DNA of 36,770 bases, from the IMG/VR virus record IMGVR_UViG_3300049913_000009, positions 1 through 36,770 of that record, one strand, 5' to 3'. The notes below the pieces were generated by a model that was not told the origin of the DNA, did not search any database, and saw only the letters and a program-made list of their open reading frames with translations. Each line of letters begins with the position of its first letter. Position 1 is the first letter of the stretch. The translations under genes were made by a program, and so were the position numbers. Of this stretch, positions 26,411 to 36,298 are shown in pieces. Source of the stretch: a virus. Lineage: Duplodnaviria; Caudoviricetes.

Positions 26411-26806
26411 TTATTCCACCGCGGAAGGCGATGGTGTCATGTCTACAACGGCGACGTACACGCCGGTCGGAGTCGCGTCAAACGTGAAGTCGATCTTGGT
26501 CGTGGCACTCTTGAACCAGTCGGTCGGCAAGGTCGAGGACACCCACACGCCAGGCTTGCCCGTGACGGCAGCAGGAATGGTGATCGGCCCCACGGCGGTG
26601 ACAATACCCAGGTTGGAGGCCTTTGGGCGCGTGATGGTTATGGTGTGCGTCGCGCTATCCGTATTGATGACCACCAGGTGCATGTACTCCGAGTCGGCCG
26701 CCACGTTGTTCCCGTTCGTTCCATCGGCCAGCGCGAGCGTGACGATCTTGCCGACATTCATTGCCTTGCTGACTTGCTTCGTGAGTAGGGTCGGTCCTGT
26801 TGGCAT
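26411..26806 (-). CDS. Virion structural protein
   Basis: Thr/Val-rich; between tail terminator and tube genes. Confidence 0.55.
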   Translation of the reverse strand: MPTGPTLLTKQVSKAMNVGKIVTLALADGTNGNNVAADSEYMHLVVINTDSATHTITITRPKASNLGIVTAVGPITIPAAVTGKPGVWVSSTLPTDWFKSATTKIDFTFDATPTGVYVAVVDMTPSPSAVE

Positions 26807-26819
26807 GGTGTCTCCTTAT

Positions 26820-27146
26820 CTATCCCTGAATGGGAATCGTCCACGTGCACTTGGCTAGATCCAAGACCGGTTCGTATTGGTCAACCCGCCGGACGTTCGC
26901 CCGGTCAAGACAGGGCAGGGCGTAGATCATCGTCTCCATCCCGTCGGCCAGGACGTCGAACGCCGTGACCGCACAGTAGAGCGTCGTCGTGATAGTCGTC
27001 TTGCAGTTCGGTTCGCCTTCGCACCCGCGCTTGTCCAGCAGGTACGTTAGACACGGCACGGTCTTGCTGATCGACTCCTGCGGGTAGATGTAGTAGACCG
27101 GCAGCCCGACGGTCTTCAGGATCGCTGTGACGTCCTTACTCTTCAT
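26820..27146 (-). CDS. Tail terminator-like protein
   Basis: LPVYYIYP...PCLTY; synteny; ATGA overlap. Confidence 0.6.
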   Translation of the reverse strand: MKSKDVTAILKTVGLPVYYIYPQESISKTVPCLTYLLDKRGCEGEPNCKTTITTTLYCAVTAFDVLADGMETMIYALPCLDRANVRRVDQYEPVLDLAKCTWTIPIQG

Positions 27147-27580
27147 AGGCACCCCCTCAGAACGCGGATACAGTCGTCGCGCTTGTCCTTGAAGGCCTGC
27201 TCGACCCAACGGTCCGCATGCTGGCCGGACGTGGTGTGAAAGTGTCCCTCGATGTCCTTGTAGATCCAGGGGATCTTCTTGGCTTTCGACCCGCCGGGAC
27301 CTTCGGCATAGATGCCGGTGCCCCAGTGGACATACTTCGCGTAGGGCATCCCCACGTAGACTAGGCCGATGATGCTCGACCCTTCCTGCATCGCGGGCAG
27401 GAACTTCGTGCCGGTGGTCAGGTTGTGCGTCCGGTCGGTATAGGCATGGTTCTCGCGGGCATAGGTGCTGATCGTATCCGTGCACCAGTCGACGGCGATC
27501 ATCATCTTCGCCCTGATCGCATCCGTGACCTTGGTAATCTCGCTCTGTGGAATCGTGAAGCTGATCTCAAAGGACGACAT
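27143..27580 (-). CDS. HK97 gp10-like tail completion protein
   Basis: DRTHNL...YAKYVHWGTGIYA...PWIY...TTSGQ. Confidence 0.8.
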   Translation of the reverse strand: MSSFEISFTIPQSEITKVTDAIRAKMMIAVDWCTDTISTYARENHAYTDRTHNLTTGTKFLPAMQEGSSIIGLVYVGMPYAKYVHWGTGIYAEGPGGSKAKKIPWIYKDIEGHFHTTSGQHADRWVEQAFKDKRDDCIRVLRGCL

Positions 27581-27896
27581 TGAGCTCGACCTCCTTGTGC
27601 GTGCCATAGTCGCGGACACGCACGACGTCGTAGGACGTGCCTGCAACGACGATACGGTTGCCGACAGCCACGATGGTCGCGGGACTCTCGCTGTCCACGT
27701 ACAGGACATTCGTGACGATGACGCCCGCGCCCTCTTCATACCGGGTGAGGCTCATGCTGGCAGGAACGAGCGGGCCCTCGCTCACGGCAACGGGCGCCCA
27801 GTGGGGCACCTGCCTGCCACCCGCAAGCGTCTCGTACGTCGCGCTCTGCAGCGTGAAGGCCTTGACGTATGGGTCGAACATGTCCAGGTAACTCAC
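27567..27896 (-). CDS. Head closure protein
   Basis: Synteny; GNRIVVAGTSYDVVRV...HKEV. Confidence 0.65.
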   Translation of the reverse strand: MSYLDMFDPYVKAFTLQSATYETLAGGRQVPHWAPVAVSEGPLVPASMSLTRYEEGAGVIVTNVLYVDSESPATIVAVGNRIVVAGTSYDVVRVRDYGTHKEVELNVVL

Positions 27897-28216
27897 AGGA
27901 TGATATCTCCCTCGTCGGTGGGCGCCTCGTGATACAGCGGGATGCTGCCACCCCTGCCCCGCCTGAGCTCCGCGATGGCCGCCAGGACGCCCTCATTGGA
28001 ATAGCTGATCCCGCCGATCGAACGAGCGACAGGGACCGTGCCGATGAGTGCCCGCAGGCAGGCGATCGCACAGCCGGTCGTGTCATAGACCGTGACGCCT
28101 GTGCTATCGACGGTCGTATAGCCAGCAAGCAGCGTCGTGATCTGCTCATCGGTCAGGTTGCCCGAGATCAGCAGCGACTTCGCTTTGACGGCGGCGACTG
28201 CTGTATTCTCGCTCAC
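27893..28216 (-). CDS. Head-tail adaptor
   Basis: Synteny; SIGGISYS motif. Confidence 0.6.
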   Translation of the reverse strand: MSENTAVAAVKAKSLLISGNLTDEQITTLLAGYTTVDSTGVTVYDTTGCAIACLRALIGTVPVARSIGGISYSNEGVLAAIAELRRGRGGSIPLYHEAPTDEGDIIL

Positions 28217-28554
28217 TTCTTGTTCTCCATGAGCAGTTCCTTGCACCGCTGCTTGATCGCAGGGTCACGGTAGAGGGACGCAGCCCACTCGATGTAGGTT
28301 CGGTCGGTTGTGATGACTTGTTCCGGCGTCTCACCTGGATGTGACTTGCCGCCGAAGACCAGCACGGCAGGATCCCCCGGCTGAGCGACTGGCTCAGCGT
28401 CATGGAGAACCGTCAGTACATCCGACAGCACTTCCATGAGTTTCACCACCTTGACCTTCCCGTTTGCAGGGTTCTGATCACACAGGACCTCGTGGCCAGC
28501 GCGCGCCTCGACGTCCCAGCAATCTGTCCCGCAATACCGACACTTCACGTGCAT
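28213..28554 (-). CDS. Zn-finger plus DUF3820-like small protein
   Basis: CRYC...H...C, then FGGKSHPG...DRTYIEW. Confidence 0.55.
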   Translation of the reverse strand: MHVKCRYCGTDCWDVEARAGHEVLCDQNPANGKVKVVKLMEVLSDVLTVLHDAEPVAQPGDPAVLVFGGKSHPGETPEQVITTDRTYIEWAASLYRDPAIKQRCKELLMENKK

Positions 28555-28571
28555 AGATACCTCCCATTCAA

Positions 28572-28589
28572 GGGGGCCCGAAGGCCCCC
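28572..28589 (-). terminator. Hairpin/terminator after capsid gene
   Basis: GGGGGCC-UUCG-GGCCCCC. Confidence 0.7.
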
Positions 28590-28601
28590 CTATTCTCAGA
28601 G

Positions 28602-29720
28602 TTAGTCAGAGACGAAGCGTTCGGCCATACGGTGATCGAGTACCTTGACGCCGTACAGGATCTCGAAGAGCATGGTGTCGATGTGGTTCGTGGTGTCGCG
28701 CTCATAAGTGAGCATCACATTGAGACCATTGGAGAACAGGACCTTGGAAGGACAGGCCTGTGAGGGAGCTTCGGGAACCGTGACGAGGGCGATGGCGTTC
28801 TTGTGAAAAGCCAGGCTCTGCGTCTTGGCTGAGCTCACGACCGTCTCGCCGGTGATGGCCTTCGCGCCACTGATGGCAACCTGAATGCCGGGCGCGAAGT
28901 AGATCACGCAACCGGTCGCGGTCTGAGTGGCATCGGCGGTCAGCGTGTAGACTTGGGTATCGCCCGCGATGGTGAAGACGTACCCATGGGGCAGAAGCCC
29001 GACAGTCGCGTCGGTGTCGGTGACGGTCATGGTGACTGCGCCGAGAGCGACGGGAGTGGGCGTCGAGCAGCCCGTCAGTGAACCGACCAGCGTGCCTTCG
29101 GTCGCCACCTGCTGCGACATGTCGATGTCGAAGCCCATGGCCCGTTCGAAAAGGCCATTGGCGACGGCGTCCGTATTCCCGCGAGCAGCCAGAGAGGCAA
29201 TGGCCTCGATGGACATGTACTTCGCGTAGGACATGGGGTCAAGGACGAGCGCCCGCTGGGACGTCGGCACCTTGCGGGCCGAGAGATCGGCGGAGAGGAG
29301 AGCGAGATCTGTCAGCACGGCAGTCGCGCTCTGTTCCCGGACATACGGGACGTCACGGGCGAGTGCCATGAGGTCGGTGTCGATCTTCTCCGCAATGGCG
29401 CGGACGGCGGGGATAGTGATCTGCGCGTTGAAATCGCTGATCTTCAGCGAGGCGTCTTCGGCGGTGTAGGTAACCAGGACGCCCTCGCGGTGATCAATCT
29501 TGAGCGAAATGCTCGATTCGGTCACGCCCTGAACGGACATGCCCGACTGGACTGCCTCAGCGGTAAACGTGGCCGGGCGCTTCACCGTGATGGTGTCGCC
29601 GACCTTGACGAATTCCTTGCTGAACCCGCGGTGGACAAGGTTGCCCATAACCAGGGCGGACTCCAGCTGCATCAGGAATTCGTTTGCTACAACAGTAGGG
29701 GTGATGAATGTGTTCGACAT
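28602..29720 (-). CDS. Major capsid protein (P22 coat-like family)
   Basis: SNTFITP...GDTITVKRP...LAFHKNAIALV...ILYGVK. Confidence 0.9.
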   Translation of the reverse strand: MSNTFITPTVVANEFLMQLESALVMGNLVHRGFSKEFVKVGDTITVKRPATFTAEAVQSGMSVQGVTESSISLKIDHREGVLVTYTAEDASLKISDFNAQITIPAVRAIAEKIDTDLMALARDVPYVREQSATAVLTDLALLSADLSARKVPTSQRALVLDPMSYAKYMSIEAIASLAARGNTDAVANGLFERAMGFDIDMSQQVATEGTLVGSLTGCSTPTPVALGAVTMTVTDTDATVGLLPHGYVFTIAGDTQVYTLTADATQTATGCVIYFAPGIQVAISGAKAITGETVVSSAKTQSLAFHKNAIALVTVPEAPSQACPSKVLFSNGLNVMLTYERDTTNHIDTMLFEILYGVKVLDHRMAERFVSD

Positions 29721-29735
29721 AGTTTTAGACGCCTC

Positions 29736-30359
29736 CTAGACGTCAGGGTGCAGTTTCCTCCACGCGCGGTACTGCTCTGGGGTCATACCGTCGACCTCAG
29801 CCGCGGAAGGGTTGGTGATGCCTCCACCGGCTCCCATGCGGTATCCGGAACCGGTCTGTGCGATGAGATACGGTTTGGTTTTGAGTAGTTCGTCGACAGC
29901 CTCTTTGGCTCCGGTCACTTTGCCGTCCACGATCGTGACCTTGGACTTGTCAAGCATGGCTACAACTGCATCGGGGTCGATTGCGCCCGCCGTAGCAGCT
30001 GCTTTGAGGACCTCATTGATGATCTTTGCCTCCGAAACGGCGGTCTTGAGGCTCGTCAGCTCGAGGTCTTTGGCGGTGGCCAGCTCCTTGAACTTGCCCT
30101 GTTCCGCCAAGGCTTTCTCGTCGGCTGTCTTCTTATCGGTGGCGATCTTGTCGAGCTGTGCCTGCAACGTAGCCGCGAGCTTCGTGGCTTCGGCTGCCTT
30201 CAGGTTCACTTCCGTGAAGCGCTCGTAGGGGATCGTCGCTTCGTGCTGCTTCTCTTCGGCACCTGCCTCCGTTTTTACGACTGGCGTCGTGGTGCCGGCT
30301 GTCCCTGCCGTTCTCGCAACTCCTGTTTCTTCATCTGCTGCAAAATACCTTCTGATCAT
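29736..30359 (-). CDS. Capsid scaffolding protein
   Basis: IPYERF.EVN, coiled coil, KPYL; precedes MCP. Confidence 0.85.
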   Translation of the reverse strand: MIRRYFAADEETGVARTAGTAGTTTPVVKTEAGAEEKQHEATIPYERFTEVNLKAAEATKLAATLQAQLDKIATDKKTADEKALAEQGKFKELATAKDLELTSLKTAVSEAKIINEVLKAAATAGAIDPDAVVAMLDKSKVTIVDGKVTGAKEAVDELLKTKPYLIAQTGSGYRMGAGGGITNPSAAEVDGMTPEQYRAWRKLHPDV

Positions 30360-30400
30360 GTCAGTCTCCTTTTACGTCTTAACGCCGACGCGGCGAAGTC

Positions 30401-30652
30401 TTACGAACGGTTGTTTGCATTGCTTGGTCCCTTCAGTAAATCGAGTCTGCCTTCACCCAGAACGTCGCCTGACCTGCACAGGCGGGCCTCTGCATCGAAT
30501 GCCCTATTGCGCCATGTGTCGAGCTCGTCCGAGAGCTTCAGGTACTCGCTCATGAGAACGCTGCCCTGCGGTGGCGGCAACAGGCCCTTCGCCTGGTTCT
30601 GCTTCGACTTGAGCGCGCGCCGTTCCTGCAATGCCAGCTGCTTCGCGGTCAT
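30401..30652 (-). CDS. Small hypothetical protein
   Basis: ATGA overlap; basic N-terminus. Confidence 0.5.
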   Translation of the reverse strand: MTAKQLALQERRALKSKQNQAKGLLPPPQGSVLMSEYLKLSDELDTWRNRAFDAEARLCRSGDVLGEGRLDLLKGPSNANNRS

Positions 30653-31452
30653 GCTGCCTTCAGTGCCGCGATCATGTCGTCGGCCGTCGGCAGCACGTCG
30701 TTCCAGCCGTCGACACAAAAGGGATGATAGGGAGCCAAGTCCGCGCCTTCCTTGTCCACAATCTTCCTTGTGCCGGGAGGCCCGATAGCGGCGTTACAGA
30801 TCTCACACGTCGGATCGCCATCCTCGCCACGCACGAGCTCCACCTTCGAGATGAACGGCATGGCGTCGGTGATGGCCTTGCGGTCGCACGTCCACGCCGT
30901 GTTGACCTCGTTGACGTAGAGTCGCCGCACGTTGAAGGCCAGGTTGTCCTTGCCCTGTTCCGTGAGCGACGCGGCGAGCGTATCTTCGACCTTCTTGAAC
31001 GACCAGCTCTCGTTGACGCTCTGCTGAATCACGTTCGTGATGGTGTGCTGCGCGCCGTCCGCATAGTTCCAGAGGGCCTTCGAGAGAGAGAATCCCTCCG
31101 TCTCGCGCCACTTCTTGACTTCGGCCAAGGCGACTGAATCGAACCCGCCGCCAAGGATATAGCCGAGCGCCTGCTGCCACGGTGCAGGAAGGGCAATGGG
31201 ATACTGGGCCAGATAGACCTTGTAGCTCTCTGCCTGGTACTTGTCGGCGAGCGCCAGTGTCTGCTTGACGAGACTGTCGCACATCCGGATGCCCTGAATG
31301 GCGGCCCACGAAGTGAGTGCATCCAGCGCAGTCCGGCCCGTCTTCGTCGTAAGCAGCGCTCCACCCTGTTTCGCAAGGGCAGAGGCCTGCTCAACGTAGG
31401 ACTCCACGTAGGCTTGCGTATGCTGCTCTGCGATCTTTCCGAGTTCGTTCAT
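30649..31452 (-). CDS. Head morphogenesis/minor capsid protein (SPP1 gp7/Mu F-like)
   Basis: RRLYVNE...CEIC...PYHPFC; follows portal. Confidence 0.8.
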   Translation of the reverse strand: MNELGKIAEQHTQAYVESYVEQASALAKQGGALLTTKTGRTALDALTSWAAIQGIRMCDSLVKQTLALADKYQAESYKVYLAQYPIALPAPWQQALGYILGGGFDSVALAEVKKWRETEGFSLSKALWNYADGAQHTITNVIQQSVNESWSFKKVEDTLAASLTEQGKDNLAFNVRRLYVNEVNTAWTCDRKAITDAMPFISKVELVRGEDGDPTCEICNAAIGPPGTRKIVDKEGADLAPYHPFCVDGWNDVLPTADDMIAALKAA

Positions 31453-32807
31453 GGTATGATATTCGGCAGCTTGAAGATGGAGGTCGCGGCGTCCTGCTGT
31501 TCCTTCTGCCGCTCAGCGATGATGGTGTCGATCTGCGTCTGGTTCATGCCCTGCCTGCGCAGGAGCTCAGCCTGCGAGATCGCACCGGCGCTATAGAGTT
31601 TCAGGTCGGTATCAATGTTCGACTGGACAAACGGGTCTTCCCATTCGACGTGCACCGGGATGACGTTCTGGGTCCGCACTTTGAGAATGAGACTGAATAC
31701 GCGCGCCCAGGCAGAACCGAGCGTGGTCTGTGCCTCATAGACCTTGTCGATGAGTGGGCCGCTCATTTCCTGCATCGCGACGCCAGAGGGAGCCGCTTTC
31801 GGGTCCAGATAACTCATGGGCGTGGCCGTCACGCGTGCCAGGTGGTCGATGCGCTTGTCCACGGAGTTCCACATGTCAGCCATGTCCTGCGGGGGGATGA
31901 CGGTCAGACTGGCCTTCTCGTTGTCTAGCATCCACGCGCCCCACACTTCCCGGGAGAGGCCGTCAGGGTTCTTCTTCAAGAACTCGTCACTGTCGATCCC
32001 AAAGACCGCCAGCTGTTGGCCGCCGTTGAAGTACGATCGGATCATCGCGTCCTGCACCAGGCGGTTGATGTCGTTCTGGATGGGGAGCGCGTTCTCCAAT
32101 TCGGAAGTCCCGAAGGCCGACAAGCCGATCTTGTTGCGGAAGTGGACGACCGGGATGACGCCGAGGTCGTTCTTGACGATCGCTTCCAAGCCGTCGAACG
32201 TCCAGCCATGCCAGACGCCACCTTCACCCGACATGCTGTATTCCCGGTGCACGGTCTTGGCGGTCATGGTGTCGCGACGGACGACGGGCTTCCCCACGAA
32301 CATCTTGCCGAGTTCTTCTTCGATCCACTGATGCACACACCGAATCGGCTTGAGCTTGTCGGCGGGCGAGTAGGTCATGTCGATGTCCTGAGATGCCAGC
32401 ACGCGGACGAAGGCATGCCCTGTCTTTTTGCCGAGCTCGTCATATTCCGGCCAGACGACCACGTAGCCGTCGCCGTCGATGCCCGTCATGCGGTGGATCT
32501 CCGTGCTCTGCAGTTCCAGCTGGTTGTACTCGTACTCTTCCGTCAGGATCGTCTGATCGGCGTCCGTCCCGCCTGCATAGCTCTTGAGGTCCAACTTGGC
32601 AACCATCGCGTCGACCACCGCCGCGCAGAGGTTGGTCCTGATGCCCAGTCGGCCGGCGAGTTCCGCCTGAATCTTGAGTGGCAGATAGACCCGATACACG
32701 CCCTCATAGGCGTTCTCGTAGAGGGCAATGCGGGACTTGCCGCGCTGAACCGCCAGGGCTTCGCTGCGACTAAACGACTGCTCGATGACGTCGACTGTCT
32801 CAAACAT
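31449..32807 (-). CDS. Portal protein (SPP1-type)
   Basis: NDLGVIPVVHFRN...GTSELE...QNDIN...SGVAM. Confidence 0.9.
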   Translation of the reverse strand: MFETVDVIEQSFSRSEALAVQRGKSRIALYENAYEGVYRVYLPLKIQAELAGRLGIRTNLCAAVVDAMVAKLDLKSYAGGTDADQTILTEEYEYNQLELQSTEIHRMTGIDGDGYVVVWPEYDELGKKTGHAFVRVLASQDIDMTYSPADKLKPIRCVHQWIEEELGKMFVGKPVVRRDTMTAKTVHREYSMSGEGGVWHGWTFDGLEAIVKNDLGVIPVVHFRNKIGLSAFGTSELENALPIQNDINRLVQDAMIRSYFNGGQQLAVFGIDSDEFLKKNPDGLSREVWGAWMLDNEKASLTVIPPQDMADMWNSVDKRIDHLARVTATPMSYLDPKAAPSGVAMQEMSGPLIDKVYEAQTTLGSAWARVFSLILKVRTQNVIPVHVEWEDPFVQSNIDTDLKLYSAGAISQAELLRRQGMNQTQIDTIIAERQKEQQDAATSIFKLPNIIP

Positions 32808-34383
32808 TCCGCCCTCCATGGCTCTGTCTCTGTGCGTTGGCCTGCGTGAAGCTTCCGTTGCCAGCGTCGTACAGATCCTCATGCGCGCCGACACCGAGCA
32901 CGGTCATTTCGTCGAGGAACGGCTCGTTCCACGGGGCAGCTACGAGACACACATTGCCCGCCTCGGCCGCAGCCAGGAACGCAGCACCGCGCTCGAACTT
33001 GTTGCCGGTTGCCCTGTTGCCGTGGAAATCGTAGCCCGGGAGAACCATGCGTGCGTAGTTGTCGATCGTGTTCGGGCCGCCTGAGCCTGGTTCCTGCTCC
33101 ATCCACGTGGCCACATGCGACTTGGTAGAGCTGGCGTATTCCGTATCCAGCTGGGCGCATTGCTTGACCAACTCCTGGACGTGCATGGGACTCATGCGAT
33201 CGTTGGTCATGTGTAAGATGTAGAACACGCCGTCCTCCATGCCACCCAGACAGGACGCGGTATAGTCCGGATCCTTGCCCGGTCTCGGTTCAGTCGCGGC
33301 AAGGTCCCAGTAACGGATGAGCTGTTTGATGCCAACGGGCGCAGCGGGCACGATCTTGAACCATGACCGTTGTGCTAGGGCACCTTCACGCGGGACCGGG
33401 TTCTGCTGGTACTGAGCAGAGTACCCGTACGAACCGAGACGTTCCTTCGCGGCGGCGAGTTCATCAGGGCCTTCGCGTTCCGGCCAGAGAAGATCGCCTT
33501 CCTTGCGTTCGATGATCTCACCTGACAGAGGGAAGATGATGCGTTCGTCGTGCTCGGCCGTCGTCGGGATGGTCAGGAAGGTCCAGTCGTCATGCTGTCG
33601 CGTGGCCTGGATGTGGCCGATCAGGTCCTCCGTATGGAGGCGCTGCATGATAACGACAATGGCGTCCTCCTTTTTGTTGTCGAGGCGGTCATAGAAGCTG
33701 CGGTCGAAGAAGGTGTTGGCGGCGTCGCGGTAAGCTTCACTGTCGCCATGCACAGCAGCCACTAAGTCGTCAGCCACGAGGAAGTTGCCGCCGAAACCAG
33801 TCACGTTTGAGCCCACCGTCATGGCGCGCATGACGCCCATCGCCGTGTTGGAGTATTCCGTCTTGAGATTATTGTCGCCCGCCAACTGGACCTTATCGCC
33901 CCAGCGTTCCAGGAACCATTGTGAGAGCAGAATGGCGCGACGGTCGAGGGAGTGCTTCGTGCTCAGCGATTCGGAATGAGACGCGAAGAGGAACCGTGCG
34001 GCCGGGTGCAGTGCCCAGTGCCAGGTCGGCCACATGATCGACACGAGGGTCGACTTCATGCACCGCGGCTCGATCTCGATCGCGAGGCGCTTGATCTGGT
34101 GGAGGCTGACCGCTTGCAGATGTTCGCAGATATACCCGATGTGCCAGTTCTCAATATATTCCGTGTCTGGGTTGATGATGTGCCAGGCGCGGGCAGTGAA
34201 CTCGGACAGCGAACGCCCGCAGAGCTCGGCTTCGAGGTCGGCTTGATGTTCGACCAAGAAGTTCAGGGCAGCGGCGTTGTCGATGTGCGAAAAGTCACCT
34301 TTGTGAACCAGGGAGGCGGCGTGCGCTGCGCTCTGCGAACGACTTCCATTTTTCGCAGCGTAAACTCTCGAGGCCAGTGTCAT
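32800..34383 (-). CDS. terL: Terminase large subunit
   Basis: PRCMKST, VADDL, MQRLH..DL, AQYQQNP, YWDLA nuclease motif; start approximate. Confidence 0.92.
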   Translation of the reverse strand: MTLASRVYAAKNGSRSQSAAHAASLVHKGDFSHIDNAAALNFLVEHQADLEAELCGRSLSEFTARAWHIINPDTEYIENWHIGYICEHLQAVSLHQIKRLAIEIEPRCMKSTLVSIMWPTWHWALHPAARFLFASHSESLSTKHSLDRRAILLSQWFLERWGDKVQLAGDNNLKTEYSNTAMGVMRAMTVGSNVTGFGGNFLVADDLVAAVHGDSEAYRDAANTFFDRSFYDRLDNKKEDAIVVIMQRLHTEDLIGHIQATRQHDDWTFLTIPTTAEHDERIIFPLSGEIIERKEGDLLWPEREGPDELAAAKERLGSYGYSAQYQQNPVPREGALAQRSWFKIVPAAPVGIKQLIRYWDLAATEPRPGKDPDYTASCLGGMEDGVFYILHMTNDRMSPMHVQELVKQCAQLDTEYASSTKSHVATWMEQEPGSGGPNTIDNYARMVLPGYDFHGNRATGNKFERGAAFLAAAEAGNVCLVAAPWNEPFLDEMTVLGVGAHEDLYDAGNGSFTQANAQRQSHGGRNV

Positions 34384-34453
34384 AGCGAGACCTGGAACCC
34401 GCCATCCATGCGGTGCGTTCCTGCGGAATGCGAACATCGAAACACGAAGGGCG

Positions 34454-35017
34454 TCACTGTTGCCCTTTGAGTTTGTCGACCAGGCTGAGAGCAGATGCCA
34501 GGTCGGAGATGGACGCCTTGCTGAGGTCAACCTTGACGTTGCCCTCCGGCTTGTCACCGAGTGCTACCTTGCCAACGTCCTGGGCGATGCGAACCGCCTG
34601 TGCGATGTCCTTGGCAGCCCTCTGGATCACCACCTGGTTCCCGAGCTTGTCCAGGACCTTCTGCCCTTCCAGCTCGTCGTCGACCAACGTAAGGATGCGG
34701 TGTGCGTAGTCCAGACACGTGGTGTCGAAGGTGGCGCCTTCATTGGCGACCATTTCCGACTTCTTTTGAGTCGTCTGCTCATCGACGCGGGCAAGGAACC
34801 GTTCGCGCTGGACGTCCCATTGTTCCTTCTTGACTTTAAGACACATCGTCGTGGGATTGATGCCGTACTTATGGCACAAATCTGCCTGGCTAACCGGAGA
34901 CGTGGCGTTTGTGTATTGTTTGTGTATTCTTTGCCAATCGATAGTATTACGAGTATGCTTGACAGCTGCTTTCTGTACCTTGATTGACTTCTTCGGGCTG
35001 ACAGGTAATTGTCCCAT
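34454..35017 (-). CDS. terS: Terminase small subunit
   Basis: IDWQRIHKQY...LCHKYGI...EQW HTH; directly upstream of terL. Confidence 0.75.
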   Translation of the reverse strand: MGQLPVSPKKSIKVQKAAVKHTRNTIDWQRIHKQYTNATSPVSQADLCHKYGINPTTMCLKVKKEQWDVQRERFLARVDEQTTQKKSEMVANEGATFDTTCLDYAHRILTLVDDELEGQKVLDKLGNQVVIQRAAKDIAQAVRIAQDVGKVALGDKPEGNVKVDLSKASISDLASALSLVDKLKGQQ

Positions 35018-35149
35018 CAGGGCAGCTCCAATAGATTCACCCAGTGCGGGATCGAGCTGCGATGTCCGCGCAGCTTAAGCCGGAAGGAGGTAAAGGCCGT
35101 GCTCAATGAGCCAATCCCGCGGGTGTATGAGGAAAGTCGACGAATTCGC

Positions 35150-35227
35150 ACTACAAGCCTCCTGCCGAGACGTCACGGGTAGCACCGGCCAAACCGTGGA
35201 CATCTGTGGTGACAGGAGGCTTGTAGT
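35150..35227 (-). other. Long hairpin in terminase leader
   Basis: 15-bp perfect inverted repeat ACTACAAGCCTCCTG/CAGGAGGCTTGTAGT plus an inner stem. Confidence 0.7.
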
Positions 35228-35343
35228 ATCCAGGAGGATATGATTGACGGCACGTATCACTACGCGACATCATACGCGCGCTTGCATGGTCCGTACCTTT
35301 CGTTCTCAAACTCGACCTCCTAGATCGGTTGTGCGTCTATAGT

Positions 35344-35937
35344 TTACGCGCTCAGTTTGGCATTGACAAGCCCCTCCAATGCGCTATTAACGTCACAACC
35401 CTCGCCGAACGACGGCTGTTTCCCTGGACGTGTTCCACGTTTCAGCACATACATCGCCTTCGCATGGCAAGCTTCGAGAAACGTTGGGTAGGTGCCGATG
35501 TAGTGCTTTCCGACTCGTACCTGGAAAACTGAGTCAATATTCCAGATACTGGGAACGCCTGTCGCCCGGACCACGGGCTTACGGCGTTTATGTTCTGTGG
35601 CTTCCTCCGCCTGGACCTCCGCTGGATCGCGATGGTGCCACCATCCAATTCTAACAGCGGGACCGAAGGATTCCCTGCCGACTTCGTAGAGCAGATCATA
35701 TTTGCTACTCAGTCCGATGACGACGGCGCCGACAAACTCGCTGTGTTCTTCCTTGTGTAACTGTCGACGAAGAGCACGTACGACATTCCGTGCGTTGCCT
35801 CCTTGAAATCGTAACCTTGTCAGCCGTCCGCCCCTCGTGATTGTCTTGAAGCCCAACACGTGCAAGGGCCTCTTTGACTTTGAGATTGTACTCTCGTACT
35901 TCGTCCGCCTCTCGTTCGTCCACGGCTTTCCATTCAT
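35344..35937 (-). CDS. Protein with C-terminal AP2-like DNA-binding domain
   Basis: TGVPSI...FQVRVGKHYIGTYPTFLEACHA. Confidence 0.6.
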   Translation of the reverse strand: MNGKPWTNERRTKYESTISKSKRPLHVLGFKTITRGGRLTRLRFQGGNARNVVRALRRQLHKEEHSEFVGAVVIGLSSKYDLLYEVGRESFGPAVRIGWWHHRDPAEVQAEEATEHKRRKPVVRATGVPSIWNIDSVFQVRVGKHYIGTYPTFLEACHAKAMYVLKRGTRPGKQPSFGEGCDVNSALEGLVNAKLSA

Positions 35938-36064
35938 ATCTCTTCCTTCCCGGTGCCTGACACCAGCTTGCCCTAGCCCTTCATTTCAGTGGCTCAGATG
36001 CAGCGCTTTTCGTTGGCCGGTTTTCCATTCGTGGCGCTGCGGTCGTACTCCCTATCCTACTGTT

Positions 36065-36298
36065 CTATTGCTCAGAGGGCCTATACCCACGTTCAAGGAA
36101 GGCCCTGATCTCCGTAAGACACCCGGCGTCGTAGAGGGTGCCACTCTGCGGGAAGAAGGCGTAGCGTCGCCAGGGTGAGTACCACTTGATGACGCCCAAG
36201 ATGGCGAGCCCCTGGAGGTTCCTCACCGCCCAGATGCGCGTCTTGCCAGAACTGCTATGCCCGAGCTCGTCAAAGCGCAGGTACGTCTTCTCACTCAT
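36065..36298 (-). CDS. Conserved phage hypothetical protein
   Basis: KTRIWAV...LGVIKWYSPWRRYAFFP...CLTEI; ATGA overlap. Confidence 0.7.
   Translation of the reverse strand: MSEKTYLRFDELGHSSSGKTRIWAVRNLQGLAILGVIKWYSPWRRYAFFPQSGTLYDAGCLTEIRAFLERGYRPSEQ

Noticed and set aside
7000-29738. TAG recoding: several TAG stops are in frame with the next gene (7034, 13881, 15699, 16832, 20044, 29736)
   Set aside because: Conserved genes are not interrupted by TAG, downstream genes mostly have their own SD and start, TAG is often simply part of TAGGAGG, and about half of the TAG junctions are out of frame
35075-35260. 61-aa ORF upstream of terS
   Set aside because: No SD, overlaps the long hairpin, and no recognisable protein features
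35940-36064. tRNA or hammerhead ribozyme
   Set aside because: No cloverleaf or T-loop and no CUGANGA/GAAA core found by eye
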